Part shown: positions 51,473 through 64,000 of the stretch, piece by piece
Position numbering within the stretch: position 1 is the stretch's first letter
Layout of the letters: each line of letters begins with the position of its first letter
DNA from: an uncultured Candidatus Binatia bacterium
GTDB lineage: Bacteria; Desulfobacterota; Binatia; Bin18
DNA: 64,000 bases
Direction of reading: 5' to 3'
Assembly (NCBI GenBank): GCA_965214605.1
Contig: OZ243961.1
Location: forward strand, 4,224,001-4,288,000
Notes under the pieces: generated by a model
What the model saw: the letters and a program-made list of their open reading frames with translations, nothing else
The model's database searches: none
Told to the model about the DNA's origin: nothing
Position numbers and translations under genes: made by a program

Positions 51473-53497
51473 CTACGAGGCCTCCAGAGCCAACGACTCT
51501 TTTCTATAGGGGGCCAACTCCAACGATTTTTCGAGATAGTGTTTTGCCATATCCTCGTATTCTGGATTGGAGGTACTTATCGTCCGGTACAGCTTTGCTA
51601 GTGCTATGTGGATTCGCCAATTCTCGGGTTCACTTTCGAGGGCAGCGCCCGCCTCGGTATTCACTAGCGCGAGCGTTCGTTCTGCCTCAATTATGGACCT
51701 GCTGTGAAGATCTTCCCAGAGTGCTGCTGTCTCGTTGAAAAAGAGGAGCCTGCGATGGTTGGCGAGCGGCTTAAAGTTAGTAATGGCCTGCTGGAAATTT
51801 CTTCTGAATTGACCGGGGGTGCCTGTTCTGATGGTAATAATGCTAGCCGCTGAATATATTGCCTGGTTCGTGAGCAGACCTGTCCCAACAAGAGCCACCA
51901 CTCCCACGGCTATGAGAGTGCGAGCCCCATTGTGCCGAAGGAAGTCTGTAGGGTTGAGCTGCTTGAGTAGGGGTGAAACTCGTTGTTGAAGTCGAGCCCA
52001 GCACCCATGGGTTGGCGTTGTTCCCCCCCTTGCTCTTTCGAGATTGGCGACAAAAGCGAGCAGTAAGATATACTGGAGAAAACTGGTGGAGGGGGCGATT
52101 GCGAATTGGCTCTGGACAAAATGTCCCAGTAAGGTAGCGCCAACAAACAGCGTGAGAACCCGCTCCTTGGGGCTGAGCCCTTTGGAGGCCTGTAGCACAA
52201 CCAAGAAGGTTACTCCCCAAACGGAGAGGTAGCTCAACAGACCGAGTAGGCCCTTCGTACTAAGCTCTTCAACGAGCGTGCTATGTGCATTGTCGTGAAT
52301 CTGTGAACGGCTACCGACTCCAGAGACATACCGACCGAAGATCACGACGTAGTTCTCTGGCCCCCAGCCGAGGAGCGGCTTGGCAACGAATCCTTTGAAA
52401 CCTGCTTCCCAGGCCGCGAAGCGTGTTTGAATGGTCCCGTGAGACGTGAGGTAACGTAACAACGGATGGGAGAGCTCCGTTTTGGCCATTAGCATTGAGA
52501 TAGTTGGCCTGAAAGACAAGACTGCCAGCATCAGCACGAGTGCTAGCCCGGCGAGACCCGTCAATCCAACGGAGGCGAAGCGGACCGTTCGAGTGCGTCC
52601 AAGAAACAGGCCTAGCACCCCCAAACAGCCGGCCGCGGTGATGAGTCCGATGAATCCCCCTCGGCTGCCAGCCAAGCTGAAGGCCCACAGTTCGATCAAC
52701 ACCACGCTTCCCCAGAAGAGTCTCTGGGCCCAAAGCATACGGCTATGGATCTTCACCGTCTGCGCGGACCGCCGTTTTTGGTGACGTCGTTTTCCTCTGG
52801 ACGGCGGGGAGGTGCTTGGTACGGTGACGAGGATAAACGACTGTGCGAGGAACCCCAGAGCGATGATGATGTTAACCGTCAAATATGCGCCGAGATAGAG
52901 CGGATTGCCGAGCGTTGCGCCTACTCTTGCTGTTGGAACGTCCCAGCTGAGAAAAAATGCCTCCGGAAAATAGTAGACTTGACCGATGGCTAGGAGGGCC
53001 ATCACCAGGCTGAGACCCAGATTGAGATTGAGAAGAACGCGCCAATTGCGGGTGGTTTGGACTACGGATACCAGAACGACAGCGAATCCGAACCAATGGG
53101 CTAGATCCACTACGCCCTGCATCCGTTCATAGGTTGACCAGAAACTCCGCTGAATGCTGACACCGGAGCAGGCCGCAAGCGTTGATGCGCCGAGGACAAT
53201 AGCAAACCCTATTAGAACCCATGAGCGCGGTGGACGGTATGCAGGTTTTAAGAAAGCGAGTAACGCCCAGAAACCGAAGATGACTTCAATAATGGCCCGT
53301 GAATACAACGCCTTCCCCACGATAAAAGGGAAAATAGTCTGGGGCGTGACGACGAAGGGCATCAGGAGGATGAGGGTAATCCCTGTCCAGATGCCGTACA
53401 GTAGAGCTTTTTCCAGAGTGCGAAGCCGGCTCGCAGGTTTAAGGCCCCGTGGACAGTCGCCTGAGGAGGGTTTTGTCCATCTGTAGGGCGAGGTCAT
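51473..53497 (-). CDS. O-antigen ligase (Wzy_C) family membrane protein with C-terminal TPR-like region
   Basis: Multiple TMs, ATLGNP.YL, SRGG, R...W, G.GPEN, D.AH, G..G. Confidence 0.85.
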   Translation of the reverse strand: MTSPYRWTKPSSGDCPRGLKPASRLRTLEKALLYGIWTGITLILLMPFVVTPQTIFPFIVGKALYSRAIIEVIFGFWALLAFLKPAYRPPRSWVLIGFAIVLGASTLAACSGVSIQRSFWSTYERMQGVVDLAHWFGFAVVLVSVVQTTRNWRVLLNLNLGLSLVMALLAIGQVYYFPEAFFLSWDVPTARVGATLGNPLYLGAYLTVNIIIALGFLAQSFILVTVPSTSPPSRGKRRHQKRRSAQTVKIHSRMLWAQRLFWGSVVLIELWAFSLAGSRGGFIGLITAAGCLGVLGLFLGRTRTVRFASVGLTGLAGLALVLMLAVLSFRPTISMLMAKTELSHPLLRYLTSHGTIQTRFAAWEAGFKGFVAKPLLGWGPENYVVIFGRYVSGVGSRSQIHDNAHSTLVEELSTKGLLGLLSYLSVWGVTFLVVLQASKGLSPKERVLTLFVGATLLGHFVQSQFAIAPSTSFLQYILLLAFVANLERARGGTTPTHGCWARLQQRVSPLLKQLNPTDFLRHNGARTLIAVGVVALVGTGLLTNQAIYSAASIITIRTGTPGQFRRNFQQAITNFKPLANHRRLLFFNETAALWEDLHSRSIIEAERTLALVNTEAGAALESEPENWRIHIALAKLYRTISTSNPEYEDMAKHYLEKSLELAPYRKESLALEAS

Positions 53498-53498
53498 C

Positions 53499-54785
53499 TC
53501 AACAGGTGGGAGAAGGGTGGAGGCCGAGCAGGTCGGCCGCGTTGCCCCCCAGCATCTGGGCAATCGTGGACTCAGCGACCGACGCCTGTCTGAGCTGGGC
53601 AATCGCCTCCCAGGCACTGGTCGTGTCTTGCTGGGGATAGCGTGAGCCCCAGACAATCTTGTGGGCGAAGAGCCGGGGCAGGCGCTGGATCAGCCGCTCC
53701 TCGGCGTCAAAGCCGAGCACCACCCGTCCTGCTTCCCACAGCGCTTCCACGTCGGTGCGGACCGGGTAGTAGTGGAGCAGGGGAATGGTGCGGGGCGACG
53801 CTTCCATCTTCTCCAACACTTCCTCCATCCACGAGGCTTTCCCCCCGGCCACCACGATCTTGAGGGCCGGATAGCGTTGCATCACGGTAAAACCGATCAA
53901 GGTGGCAGCCACGAACATATGGTTGTCAAGCCATGGTGACAGAATCTGGGCGATTGGGTGGCCGAGTGGTTGCTGGGCAGCAAAGGCAAAGTTTGTCCCG
54001 TTTCCGCCACCCGCAAACGGGCCACCCCCGGATTCGCGGACAAAAGATATCTGATTGAGGCGGCCGTTGACCTTTTCCGCAAATGGGCCGTGAGACGTCC
54101 ATTCAGGATTCCACAGACCGGCCGTGGGGTGGACCGCAAGGGTCAGCCCGAGCTGTTCCAGCTCGGCCCAAAACGGATCGTAGTAAGGGTGAGTATAGTA
54201 GCGATCCTCGATAAACATGGGCCGTAGGAAGACACTCCGGAAGCACGCAAGCGTGGCGATGCGGTGGAGCTCTTCCACTGCAAAATCCATGTTTTGTAGA
54301 GGAATCATGGCCGCCGCATACAGCCGGTCGGGGGCAGCTTGGCAAAAGTCGGCAATCCAGTTGTTGTACGCCCGGGCCAGGGCATAGGCCACGTCGGGGT
54401 CTTCGACCAGGGGAAAGCCCTCGGCAAACCAGGTCGGATAGAGCAAGGCCTGATCTACACCCATGGCGTCCATATCCCGCAGGCGTGCCTGGGGGTCGGA
54501 CGCGCCCTCGGTCATGGCGTGACGGATGGTGGGGTCGAGCTCGCCGATACGCTCCCAACTCATGCCCGGCCGCCAGATGGCGTGGCGGGGAATGTTGGGG
54601 TTCATCGGGTCGCGGTATATCTTGCCGTTGACTTTGAGGTAGGAGCCGTAACGGCCCTCCTCACGCCACAGCGCGGATTTCCCCAGCGTGCGGTATTCGG
54701 GCTCCAGATAGGTTTCCCACACGGCGCGCGGCTCGACGACGTGTGAATTGGTATCAAAGACGGCAAAGCTTTTGTGGTCCGTCAT
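53499..54785 (-). CDS. Amidohydrolase family 2 homologue with degenerate metal/catalytic motifs
   Basis: DTNSH and WGSRYP in place of DxDxH and SDYPH. Confidence 0.85.
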   Translation of the reverse strand: MTDHKSFAVFDTNSHVVEPRAVWETYLEPEYRTLGKSALWREEGRYGSYLKVNGKIYRDPMNPNIPRHAIWRPGMSWERIGELDPTIRHAMTEGASDPQARLRDMDAMGVDQALLYPTWFAEGFPLVEDPDVAYALARAYNNWIADFCQAAPDRLYAAAMIPLQNMDFAVEELHRIATLACFRSVFLRPMFIEDRYYTHPYYDPFWAELEQLGLTLAVHPTAGLWNPEWTSHGPFAEKVNGRLNQISFVRESGGGPFAGGGNGTNFAFAAQQPLGHPIAQILSPWLDNHMFVAATLIGFTVMQRYPALKIVVAGGKASWMEEVLEKMEASPRTIPLLHYYPVRTDVEALWEAGRVVLGFDAEERLIQRLPRLFAHKIVWGSRYPQQDTTSAWEAIAQLRQASVAESTIAQMLGGNAADLLGLHPSPTC

Positions 54786-56263
54786 GCCCGGACTCCTTGG
54801 GGCAGGACGGTTTGCGCCTTGCCATTAGCCCGTCTGTTGCCGTTTGCGCCGTTGGATCTCTTCCCGTTCTCTCTGTTTGGCCGCCATAGCGCAGCCTCGG
54901 GCTCCAAGGCGTGTTTGACCTCGGCCTCGGTCGGCCACCAGTCGGGACGCTCAATCTCGGTCACCCGCTCCCGGATGAAGGTCGGGGGAGCCTCAATGTT
55001 GTACAGCTTACGCGCATTGGCCCCCAGAAACCGTGCCTGATACGAGACCGGCAGCTCGCATTTCTGCATCGTCTCAATCGCCCGCCAGGCATCATCCCCG
55101 TCGTGATGATACACGTCGGAGGACCACGCTAAAATATCCTGGTAGAATTCGGGGAGCCGGGAGGGCGGAGCCTCATCCCCCTCAAAGCCGGTCACACAGT
55201 GCTCAAAAAAGGTCTGGCTGGGCAGGCGCTTGAGCGGCGGCAACTCTCGCTCGTTGCGATACAGCTTGTAGAACTTGTCGCACTCGTCCAACAGAAAGCT
55301 GAGCCAGGTTGAGGAAGCTTCAAATACCGCTGCTCGAATATTGGGATGTCGGTCAAAGAAGCCCGACATCAGCACCATAGTCACCCACAGGGCAGCTTCG
55401 GCCTGGAAGTTTTGGACATTGGTCAGAAAAGAGTGGGGTAATCCCGCAGAGACAACAGTCCGGGAGATTAGCTCCGCACCCGAGTACTGCTCGGCATAAC
55501 CTGGCGGTTTGAGTGAGCCAAAGGCTGGAAAGGGGTGCATGCCGTACACCATCCCGGTCTCTTCCATGGCCCGCCACACCGCTTCATACTTGGGCTGGAG
55601 CGGATAGTTGCCCATCGCATCAATGGGCCGCACTAAGCCCACCCGACAGCCTTTGTCTGCAACCCGGTAGACTTCTTGGGCGGCAAACTTCGGATCTTGC
55701 ATAGGGAGCAGGGCGGCAAAGAAGAGGCGCTGAGGTGCTTCCTGACAGTAGTCGTAGGCCCATTCGTTGTAGGCTTTGCACATGGCTTTGGCCCCTAGAG
55801 CGTTCTGCAGCCAGGGGTAGGTATCGATATCGGTCGGGATAACCATGACCTGGTCGATCCCCTGAATATCCATATCGTGCAGCCGGTCCTTGGGTTGGTA
55901 GGAGCCCTTATGGTCGATGTAATCGGCCTGCTCGGCTGTGAGGGCGGTGGCGGGATGGAGGTTTCGGACGTTGAGAGCGCGTTGGATATCGTGCTTCAAA
56001 CCGGGGCCGGCCAGGGACAAGACATTCACCATACCAGGCGTGCCGTGGATTTTTTGGGAGCCCAGCCCGGTACCAGCCGTACCGTTCACAATCAGCTGTT
56101 TGGTCTCGGCGTCGTACCACATCGTCGTCTTGAGAGCGGCCAACTCGTCCTTGCTCAACCACTCCTTGGCCCGCTCCCAGATCCACGGCGGCTCAGTGAC
56201 GTGGGCATCACAATCAAAAGTGGGAAAGTCTTTGGTCATTGCGGCAAACTGTTGGATCGGCAT
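54782..56263 (-). CDS. Amidohydrolase family 2 protein
   Basis: DCDAH, AYNEW, MHP, WSSDVYHHD; stop overlaps the next ATG. Confidence 0.88.
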   Translation of the reverse strand: MPIQQFAAMTKDFPTFDCDAHVTEPPWIWERAKEWLSKDELAALKTTMWYDAETKQLIVNGTAGTGLGSQKIHGTPGMVNVLSLAGPGLKHDIQRALNVRNLHPATALTAEQADYIDHKGSYQPKDRLHDMDIQGIDQVMVIPTDIDTYPWLQNALGAKAMCKAYNEWAYDYCQEAPQRLFFAALLPMQDPKFAAQEVYRVADKGCRVGLVRPIDAMGNYPLQPKYEAVWRAMEETGMVYGMHPFPAFGSLKPPGYAEQYSGAELISRTVVSAGLPHSFLTNVQNFQAEAALWVTMVLMSGFFDRHPNIRAAVFEASSTWLSFLLDECDKFYKLYRNERELPPLKRLPSQTFFEHCVTGFEGDEAPPSRLPEFYQDILAWSSDVYHHDGDDAWRAIETMQKCELPVSYQARFLGANARKLYNIEAPPTFIRERVTEIERPDWWPTEAEVKHALEPEAALWRPNRENGKRSNGANGNRRANGKAQTVLPQGVRA

Positions 56264-56757
56264 GAACTCCCTCCTTCACGTTCGGACCGTCTCCCGAACC
56301 TTCTGACACCAGTATAGCACTGTGGGGGGACCTGGTGCAAAGAGGAGCTGGAATGGGGGGGCTGCGAGAGACGCCCAATTGATGATGCCGCGCGACAATC
56401 TCCCCCAAGAGGAGACAGACGGCATGCCGGCAGTTGTTGGCGTCGAGTGCTTTGGGAGTTTTGGCGCTCAGTACCTCGTGTCGCCCCCCGTGGGAAATGG
56501 TGTTGGCCGCGCTCTTGATGATCCGGAGAGGGGGCGTGTCAGAGGGCTTCTCCAAGGTCCGGATTGGGTTTCTCCGGTTGAGGCGATTCGTGTGGTGGAC
56601 TCTGGCAGCCGTGATACAGGCCGACTACCTCCACCCGGGCGGCTTCTTTTCCGGGGTGCTGGAACAGAGCGCCGAAAAACTGCCGGAGCACCACAGGCGG
56701 ACGGTGGTGACCGAGGGGGCGCGATACCATTCTGTGAACGAGTACCCCAATGTCCGG

Positions 56758-57861
56758 CTACTTAGCGCGAGCCGCCGTGGGCGGCTCGTCCACCGAGACG
56801 CTGGCGGCCTCTTCCCGAAAGTAGGGCATGACATGCTGAGAGAATAACTCCATTGAGTGAAAGATCTTGTCTTTTGGCATGCCTCCCCAGTCAAACATGA
56901 CCAGGAGGTGGCGGATGCCGGCCGCGTGGTATGTTTTGATTTTTTCGAGACACCGGGCAGGATCGCCAAAAATAGACAGGGCATCAAGTTGTTCGATGGT
57001 GGCTGTGGCCAGAAATTGACCGACCTTAGCAAACGCCTCATACCCACCGCCGGTGCCGGGTTTGGCCCAGACTTTGGTTGAGCTGCCGAGTTTGCGCTTC
57101 ATTCCGGCCTCAGCCTCCCGCAGGGCCTGCTCGGTGGTGTCAGCCAGGTGAGTCCAAAACACGTGCGGTAAGTCGTCGCTTGGCTGGCCGTGACCAGATG
57201 CCCGAAAGGTATGCCGATAGCGATCTAGCTGCGCTGCTATTTTTTCGGGAGACGGGCTCGAAGCAAACGGCGCGGCGCAGAAGGCATAGCCTTTTTTCGC
57301 AATCTCTTCGGCGGAGCCGGGCGAGGCTGCAGCCACCCAAATCGGGGGACACGGTTGCTGTACGGGACGGGGCAGGAGGGCGATGTCTTGACACTGGTAA
57401 TACTGACCGGCGTACGAGAACTGTTGCTGGGTCCACAGTCCGTGAATCACGTCGAGGCATTCCCAGAAGCGGGCTTTGGCGGTTTCCATGGGAATGCGAA
57501 AGCCGGTAAATTCGTGCGGCTGGTAGCCTCGGCCTGCCCCAAAACACACCCGTCCGTGGCTGAGCAGGTCTAGGGCGGCCATATCTTCGGCCAGACGCAC
57601 AGGATCGTTGACCGGTAGGATACTCACCCCGACTCCCAGGCGCAGACGTGTGGTGCGCTGAGAGAGAGCGGCCAGCAGCATCTGAGGAGATGGAAACACC
57701 CGCTGACTGGCCTGAAAATGGTGCTCGCCAACCCAAAACCCCTCATAGCCGAGTGCCTCGGCATACTCCGCCTCGTCCAACACCTCGTGATAGAACTGCT
57801 CGTGCGAGCGTAGATTGGCATAATTATCGCCCAAAGTCAGAATCGAAAAACGCATACTCAC
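56758..57861 (-). CDS. LLM-class flavin-dependent oxidoreductase
   Basis: GEHHF, DPVRLAED, GRGY, PRPVQQP. Confidence 0.92.
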   Translation of the reverse strand: MSMRFSILTLGDNYANLRSHEQFYHEVLDEAEYAEALGYEGFWVGEHHFQASQRVFPSPQMLLAALSQRTTRLRLGVGVSILPVNDPVRLAEDMAALDLLSHGRVCFGAGRGYQPHEFTGFRIPMETAKARFWECLDVIHGLWTQQQFSYAGQYYQCQDIALLPRPVQQPCPPIWVAAASPGSAEEIAKKGYAFCAAPFASSPSPEKIAAQLDRYRHTFRASGHGQPSDDLPHVFWTHLADTTEQALREAEAGMKRKLGSSTKVWAKPGTGGGYEAFAKVGQFLATATIEQLDALSIFGDPARCLEKIKTYHAAGIRHLLVMFDWGGMPKDKIFHSMELFSQHVMPYFREEAASVSVDEPPTAARAK

Positions 57862-57899
57862 CTCCGGCTTTTCTCAGCCATGATGGTGCCCCCTATCCG

Positions 57900-58658
57900 T
57901 CAGGGCCCCACTTTCAGGTCGCTTCCGCCCGCGACCGGTAGGGTAACTCCGGTGATAAAGCCGGCCGCATCAGAGGCAAGAAACGCTACAGCATCGCCAA
58001 TATCTTGGGGCTGGCCAAGGCGGCCCATCGGGATTGTCTTGGCCACGGCGGTTTTTTGTGCTTCGCTCAACGAGCTGGCCATCATCGGTGTTTCAATTGG
58101 GCCGGGGGCAACGGCGTTGACCCGGATGCCCAGCGGGGCAAGTTCATAAGCGAGGTCTCTGGTCAGGGCGACGACCCCTGCCTTTGAGGCGGCATAGGGC
58201 ACATGGGGTACGGTATAGTGCAGGGCGGCGATGGAGGCGATATTCACAATCACGCCGCTGCCTTGCTTTTCCATTGCTTGGGCAACCCGGTGACAGCACA
58301 GAAACACGCCTTTGAGGTTCACCTCTAAGACGCGATCCCAGTCGGCCTCGGTCTGGTCGCGCATACGCTTAAGCACAACGATACCGGCATTGTTGACTAA
58401 AATGTCAACGCGTCCAAAACGATCAAGCGTTTGTCTGACTAGTCGGTCTACCGCGTTGGCCTGGGTGACATCGGTTTGGACGCCGAGTGCCTGTACGCCC
58501 AACGATTCAAGGTTGGCCACGGTCGGGGGAATACGCTCCCGGACCGCTTCAGCCACAACAATGGAGGCTCCCGCCCGAGCCAGGCTGAGCGCAACACCCT
58601 GGCCAATACCCTGTACGCCACCGGTGACAATTGCGATCCGTCCATCAAGTTGTGTCAT
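57900..58658 (-). CDS. SDR oxidoreductase (FabG-like)
   Basis: TGGVQGIG, NNAG, YAASK. Confidence 0.95.
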   Translation of the reverse strand: MTQLDGRIAIVTGGVQGIGQGVALSLARAGASIVVAEAVRERIPPTVANLESLGVQALGVQTDVTQANAVDRLVRQTLDRFGRVDILVNNAGIVVLKRMRDQTEADWDRVLEVNLKGVFLCCHRVAQAMEKQGSGVIVNIASIAALHYTVPHVPYAASKAGVVALTRDLAYELAPLGIRVNAVAPGPIETPMMASSLSEAQKTAVAKTIPMGRLGQPQDIGDAVAFLASDAAGFITGVTLPVAGGSDLKVGP

Positions 58659-58948
58659 ACGCCCTCCCTATGATCTATAGACCCGTGCTCCTGACGGCGG
58701 CTCAGTTATGGTGGCTCATCGAACCAATCGAATAGAATTACGCCGCTCAACCCCGCCCAACATAAAGCGGTGCCAGGCATTGCATCGGTCGGCTCAGTGG
58801 CCGCATGGTCTCTAACGAGGCCGGGAAATATGCGTTCTCCTGCTGACGCCACCAGATACGACAGGAGGACACTGACAAAGCCCGCCGCTATTGGTCGGTC
58901 GTATTGGCACCCCTCCCGTGCCGCACGCCCCCGTCAAACAGCGGCACC

Positions 58949-59054
58949 GAGCCAGTCGGCATCACACTGCTGATAGGCTACTCCAAGGTTGAGCGGATGA
59001 CGTTGGCAAAGTGCGCGGGAGCCAGTCGGCATCACACTACTGATAGGCTACTCC
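58949..59054. repeat. 36-bp direct repeat / 34-bp unique insert / 36-bp repeat
   Basis: GAGCCAGTCGGCATCACACT[G/A]CTGATAGGCTACTCC at 58949-58984 and 59019-59054, one mismatch. Confidence 0.95.
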
Positions 59055-59668
59055 TTTACGGTGTGTTCCTCAACTGCGGTATGCCTGCCAGGAATCAGTG
59101 CGGCGCCGCCGTTGATCGCAGTGGAGGCGTGAATCGCCCAGAGGACATAAGGCCGCGCCAGCAGTTGGCCACGGACGGGACATCGGATGGATACCGTCGT
59201 GTAGATCGTGCTGAGGATTCGCCCGGAAAAGGGCTGTTCTTCGTCGCTGAGCTGCGTTGAATCCGGTTTTCCAGGGAGAGTGCAACTGATGGCGAAAACG
59301 GCGGGTGGGGCTCCACAGGGCGTCCGCCGAGCAGATTTTGGCTCCCCCATTGTAGATCCGTTCGGTATGAAAGTCCTCAAAGTCGGCACCAGGGAAGTGG
59401 TGTGGCAAATCCGGTCCATTTCGGCACCGACTCCGATCCGCTTGTCGACGTCGAGCAGACTCTCAAGAATCAGAACCAGCCGTCCCGTCTGAGAGGTACT
59501 GCATCGTTCGCCACCGCCCGGCGTTCCCCTGGGCGGACAGCGCTGTACGCCGCTGGGCGTCACACACCCGGGCTACGGATCTTGCCGCTTTTGCGGGGGC
59601 TTGACTTACGCACCGGGCCCTATGGTCAAGGGAGCGATGAGGCCTGGGTTGACACGTCGTCGGCCTGC

Positions 59669-61447
<1,779 letters not shown>

Positions 61448-61569
61448 GAATATCTCCCGTGCCCGTGGTGGTATTGGCTACCTCCCCCCTTATCACCTGA
61501 GGAAGGGTGGCAAAAGGGGCCGACCGGCATGAATACTGCTTGCGGATCTGATAGAGCAGCAGGTGTACT

Positions 61570-62001
61570 GTGATTGATTAAGCTGTCCAAACGCAGACGA
61601 CGCGCTACCGTTTTGATGGTCGAAATATCGAGTGGCGTGTCTTGGGGGATTTGGCACCCTTCACGGTGACCGTCCTGTCGGTCGATGAGGAAAGGAATAT
61701 CGCTGATTTTATTGTGAAATGCCAACCCAACGACATGATCTTTCTGCATCGCCATTCAGCCCTGACCAATAGTTTTGTCATTGACGGCAGGCATATTATC
61801 CATGAGTCCGGCAACAGGCAGCGTCAAGAGGTACGCCCGGTTGGCTGCTATACGTCCAGCCAGCCGGGGGACGTGCATCACGAGGGCGGTGGGGCCGAGG
61901 GATGTATGGCGCACAACAGGGTGCAGCGGGAAACGGAGGCGATGTGTGACGTCAGTGGGACCGTCCTGGGGGCGCTCCGCACGGCTCAAAGCCGCCCTTG
62001 A
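61570..62001 (+). pseudogene. Cupin-fold protein with an early stop and degraded 3' end
   Basis: FDGRNIEW..L, LHRH, G.H, DVHHEGGG; TAA in codon 4. Confidence 0.55.
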
Positions 62002-62809
62002 GCGGCAGAAGCGGGCTGCCCAACGCGTGCAGACTGCTGTCAGTCCCAGCACCGAAAAAAGCGTACACCCGAGAGATCAAACAGATGGCCACAGCCGGAC
62101 CAACCGCCAACATGACCGGCCGGCAGACGCGGCCTTTGTTGAGCTTCTTGCTGATCAGGCCGACGTTCCGGCCTGCATATCCTCACAACCGCCCTCATGG
62201 GCGAGACCTTGCCAGTGGCCTCCCTCGGTGCCGATCCCGGCGTCGGCTTGGGTGTCAAACGAGCCCTCGAACCAGTGGAAGGGATCGTTCATGGTGTTGC
62301 GCCGCAAAAAGCCTGAGCCGCTCTGGCGCTCGACACTTTGCAGACGCTTCCTGCGTCAGAAAAACCGTTTTTGGCCGGCTTCGGCCGACGCGGGATTAAA
62401 TGCGGTTGATCGTGCATTGTCCACACCCGGGAGCCCCGCCTCATCGCTGCGATAGGCGCAACACGGGTTGCGGAGTTCGGGTCAGTCAACCTAGTCTTCC
62501 CCCTGGGCCGTGCCGGCTGACCTGGTTTGGGTCTGGAGGCAGGTCTGCGGCTGAGGCGTTCATGGTCGCCTTTGGGAGGGAAGGTTGCTAAACTGACCCG
62601 CGTCAGAGCGGTTGCCGTTGTGAGATGTTGCTGATGGCCCGACAACTCGCCGAACGTGTCTATGGCGCAGCCTTGGATTGTGGTGGGTGCGTCCTGAGGA
62701 TCGGATATACCCGTGGCTGGGGGGGGGTATGAGGAGGAGGGTTCCACAAATGTTTCTTGCACCGTTGGTGTTGGATGTGATTTTCTTACACGCACAGAGG
62801 AGGATGCTC

Positions 62810-64000
62810 ATGTTGTCTATGCAATTTGGTACGAAATCTCCGCCGATGCTTGTCTTCCTCATTTTCTTGGTTGGGGCCTGGAGCGGTCCACCCCCGGCCA
62901 AAGCGGAACCGGCCCGAACCTGGAAGACCGTTCAAGAGCTGTCGGAACAAGAGCTGCTCCAAGTCGACCTGCGAACGGAGACGCCTCGGGATGAGACGAT
63001 TCCGTATTTGCCGGCTGAGCCATACCCCTTTGCTCCACCCTATACGGCCGAAGAGATGGGCTTTTTGTCAACCGACTTCTCCCATATGCCGAGGTGGAAC
63101 TGTGCCCTGGTTGAGGCCTACGGGTCGGTTACAACCAGCGGATATTTGACCAGCGCGCGGGCCGTTGGTTTAGTCCACTATCGTTCGCCGGCCGGGCTGA
63201 TGGGACAGATCAAGACCAGGCCGGGCGAGTGGTATACCCGCTGGCTGTTTCAGACAACCGATCCGGCTGAAGCGTACGGCCATCAGTCAATCTACAATCT
63301 GTACCGGACCGACCAGAATTTCACCACCAAAGCCGACCTGTTTGCCTATGGGCCGGAACTCAGGCGCGTCCGTCGTCAACCGCAGCCGCGCCGTGAGGAC
63401 AAATTCCCCGGATATGCGTTTGCCTTTGATGATTTTCTGAACCGTGACGCCTGGGAGTTTCATTGGCGTCTGCTGGGAACGGACGTGCTATACGAAACCG
63501 TCCGCTTTCCACACACCAGGGACTCGCTGACTCTGGTGGCTGAGGACGGCTCGTTTTATAAGACCTCCTCTCAGGAGCTGAAACCAATGGGGGAAGACTA
63601 TCCCCACTATACGCCGCAGGGAGGCGTTGAAACTTATGTGGTCGAAGCCACGCCACGCCAGGACTGGATTCCCGACTACTATATCCCGCGCCTCATCTAC
63701 TGGCTGGACCGCCATACCTTTTTTCCGCTCCGGATTGAGCAGTATGACGCCGGCGGTACCCTGGTCAGTGTTGAACAGCGAGTGGCCAAGCTGATGAATC
63801 CACAGCTCGGTCAACAGGGCTACAGCGGCCAGATCTTTGTATTTTGGGATCTCCAGGAAGATCTCTTGAGCTATGACATGCACGACGCCCATCAGGTCCG
63901 TGACTGGTCCGCAAAAGATCTGGAGGTCTTCTTTAGCCCGGACTTTATGCGTCGAGTCTGGTTTGTGGCTCCCCTCAAGAGTCAAGCAACCATCCCGGTC
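62810..64000 (+). CDS. Exported DUF1329/LolA-like protein (partial, runs off window)
   Basis: GAGGAGG RBS, signal peptide (AKA|E), Y.PELRRVRR, DD...RDAWEF.W..LG and YVVEATP; no stop before 64000, so absent from the ORF track. Confidence 0.75.
   Translation, partial: MLSMQFGTKSPPMLVFLIFLVGAWSGPPPAKAEPARTWKTVQELSEQELLQVDLRTETPRDETIPYLPAEPYPFAPPYTAEEMGFLSTDFSHMPRWNCALVEAYGSVTTSGYLTSARAVGLVHYRSPAGLMGQIKTRPGEWYTRWLFQTTDPAEAYGHQSIYNLYRTDQNFTTKADLFAYGPELRRVRRQPQPRREDKFPGYAFAFDDFLNRDAWEFHWRLLGTDVLYETVRFPHTRDSLTLVAEDGSFYKTSSQELKPMGEDYPHYTPQGGVETYVVEATPRQDWIPDYYIPRLIYWLDRHTFFPLRIEQYDAGGTLVSVEQRVAKLMNPQLGQQGYSGQIFVFWDLQEDLLSYDMHDAHQVRDWSAKDLEVFFSPDFMRRVWFVAPLKSQATIPV

Noticed and set aside
53497-53656. 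N-terminal extension of the 727-aa O-antigen ligase ORF
   Set aside because: Alternative frame of the amidohydrolase 3' end; the start at 53497 is more plausible
56322-56760. Short ORFs in intergenic gaps (also 46385-46741, 59070-59563, 62000-62800)
   Set aside because: No recognisable motifs or convincing starts; probably decayed DNA

Overview
The window has three parts. (1) 1-26.2 kb and (3) 46.8-64 kb are dense catabolic/redox regions. They encode LLM/F420-type oxidoreductases, three Baeyer-Villiger-type flavin monooxygenases, amidohydrolases, SDRs, nitroreductases, enoyl-CoA hydratases, a CoA-transferase, a FadL-type outer-membrane transporter and an AHL-lactonase-like enzyme. This content, plus a secreted-type ankyrin protein, suggests a diderm, F420-using, possibly sponge-associated bacterium (Binatia-like; inference only). 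(2) About 26.3-46.8 kb is a heavily decayed defence/mobile island. A Hachiman-like nuclease gene is split by a 1136-bp insertion that encodes no transposase, while its helicase partner and an AbiEi/AbiEii pair are intact. The rest is a patchwork of remnants: C5 and N6 methylases, DUF262, DUF1156, ThsB-like TIR, TA systems, IS elements and conjugation genes. The most unusual signal is two unrelated loci (26365-26466 and 58949-59054) where exactly 36 bp of local sequence is duplicated around a 30-34 bp unique insert. This is the geometry of a single CRISPR spacer-integration event, yet it lies outside any array and no cas genes are in the window. Family calls come from motifs recognised by eye, and remnant boundaries are approximate.
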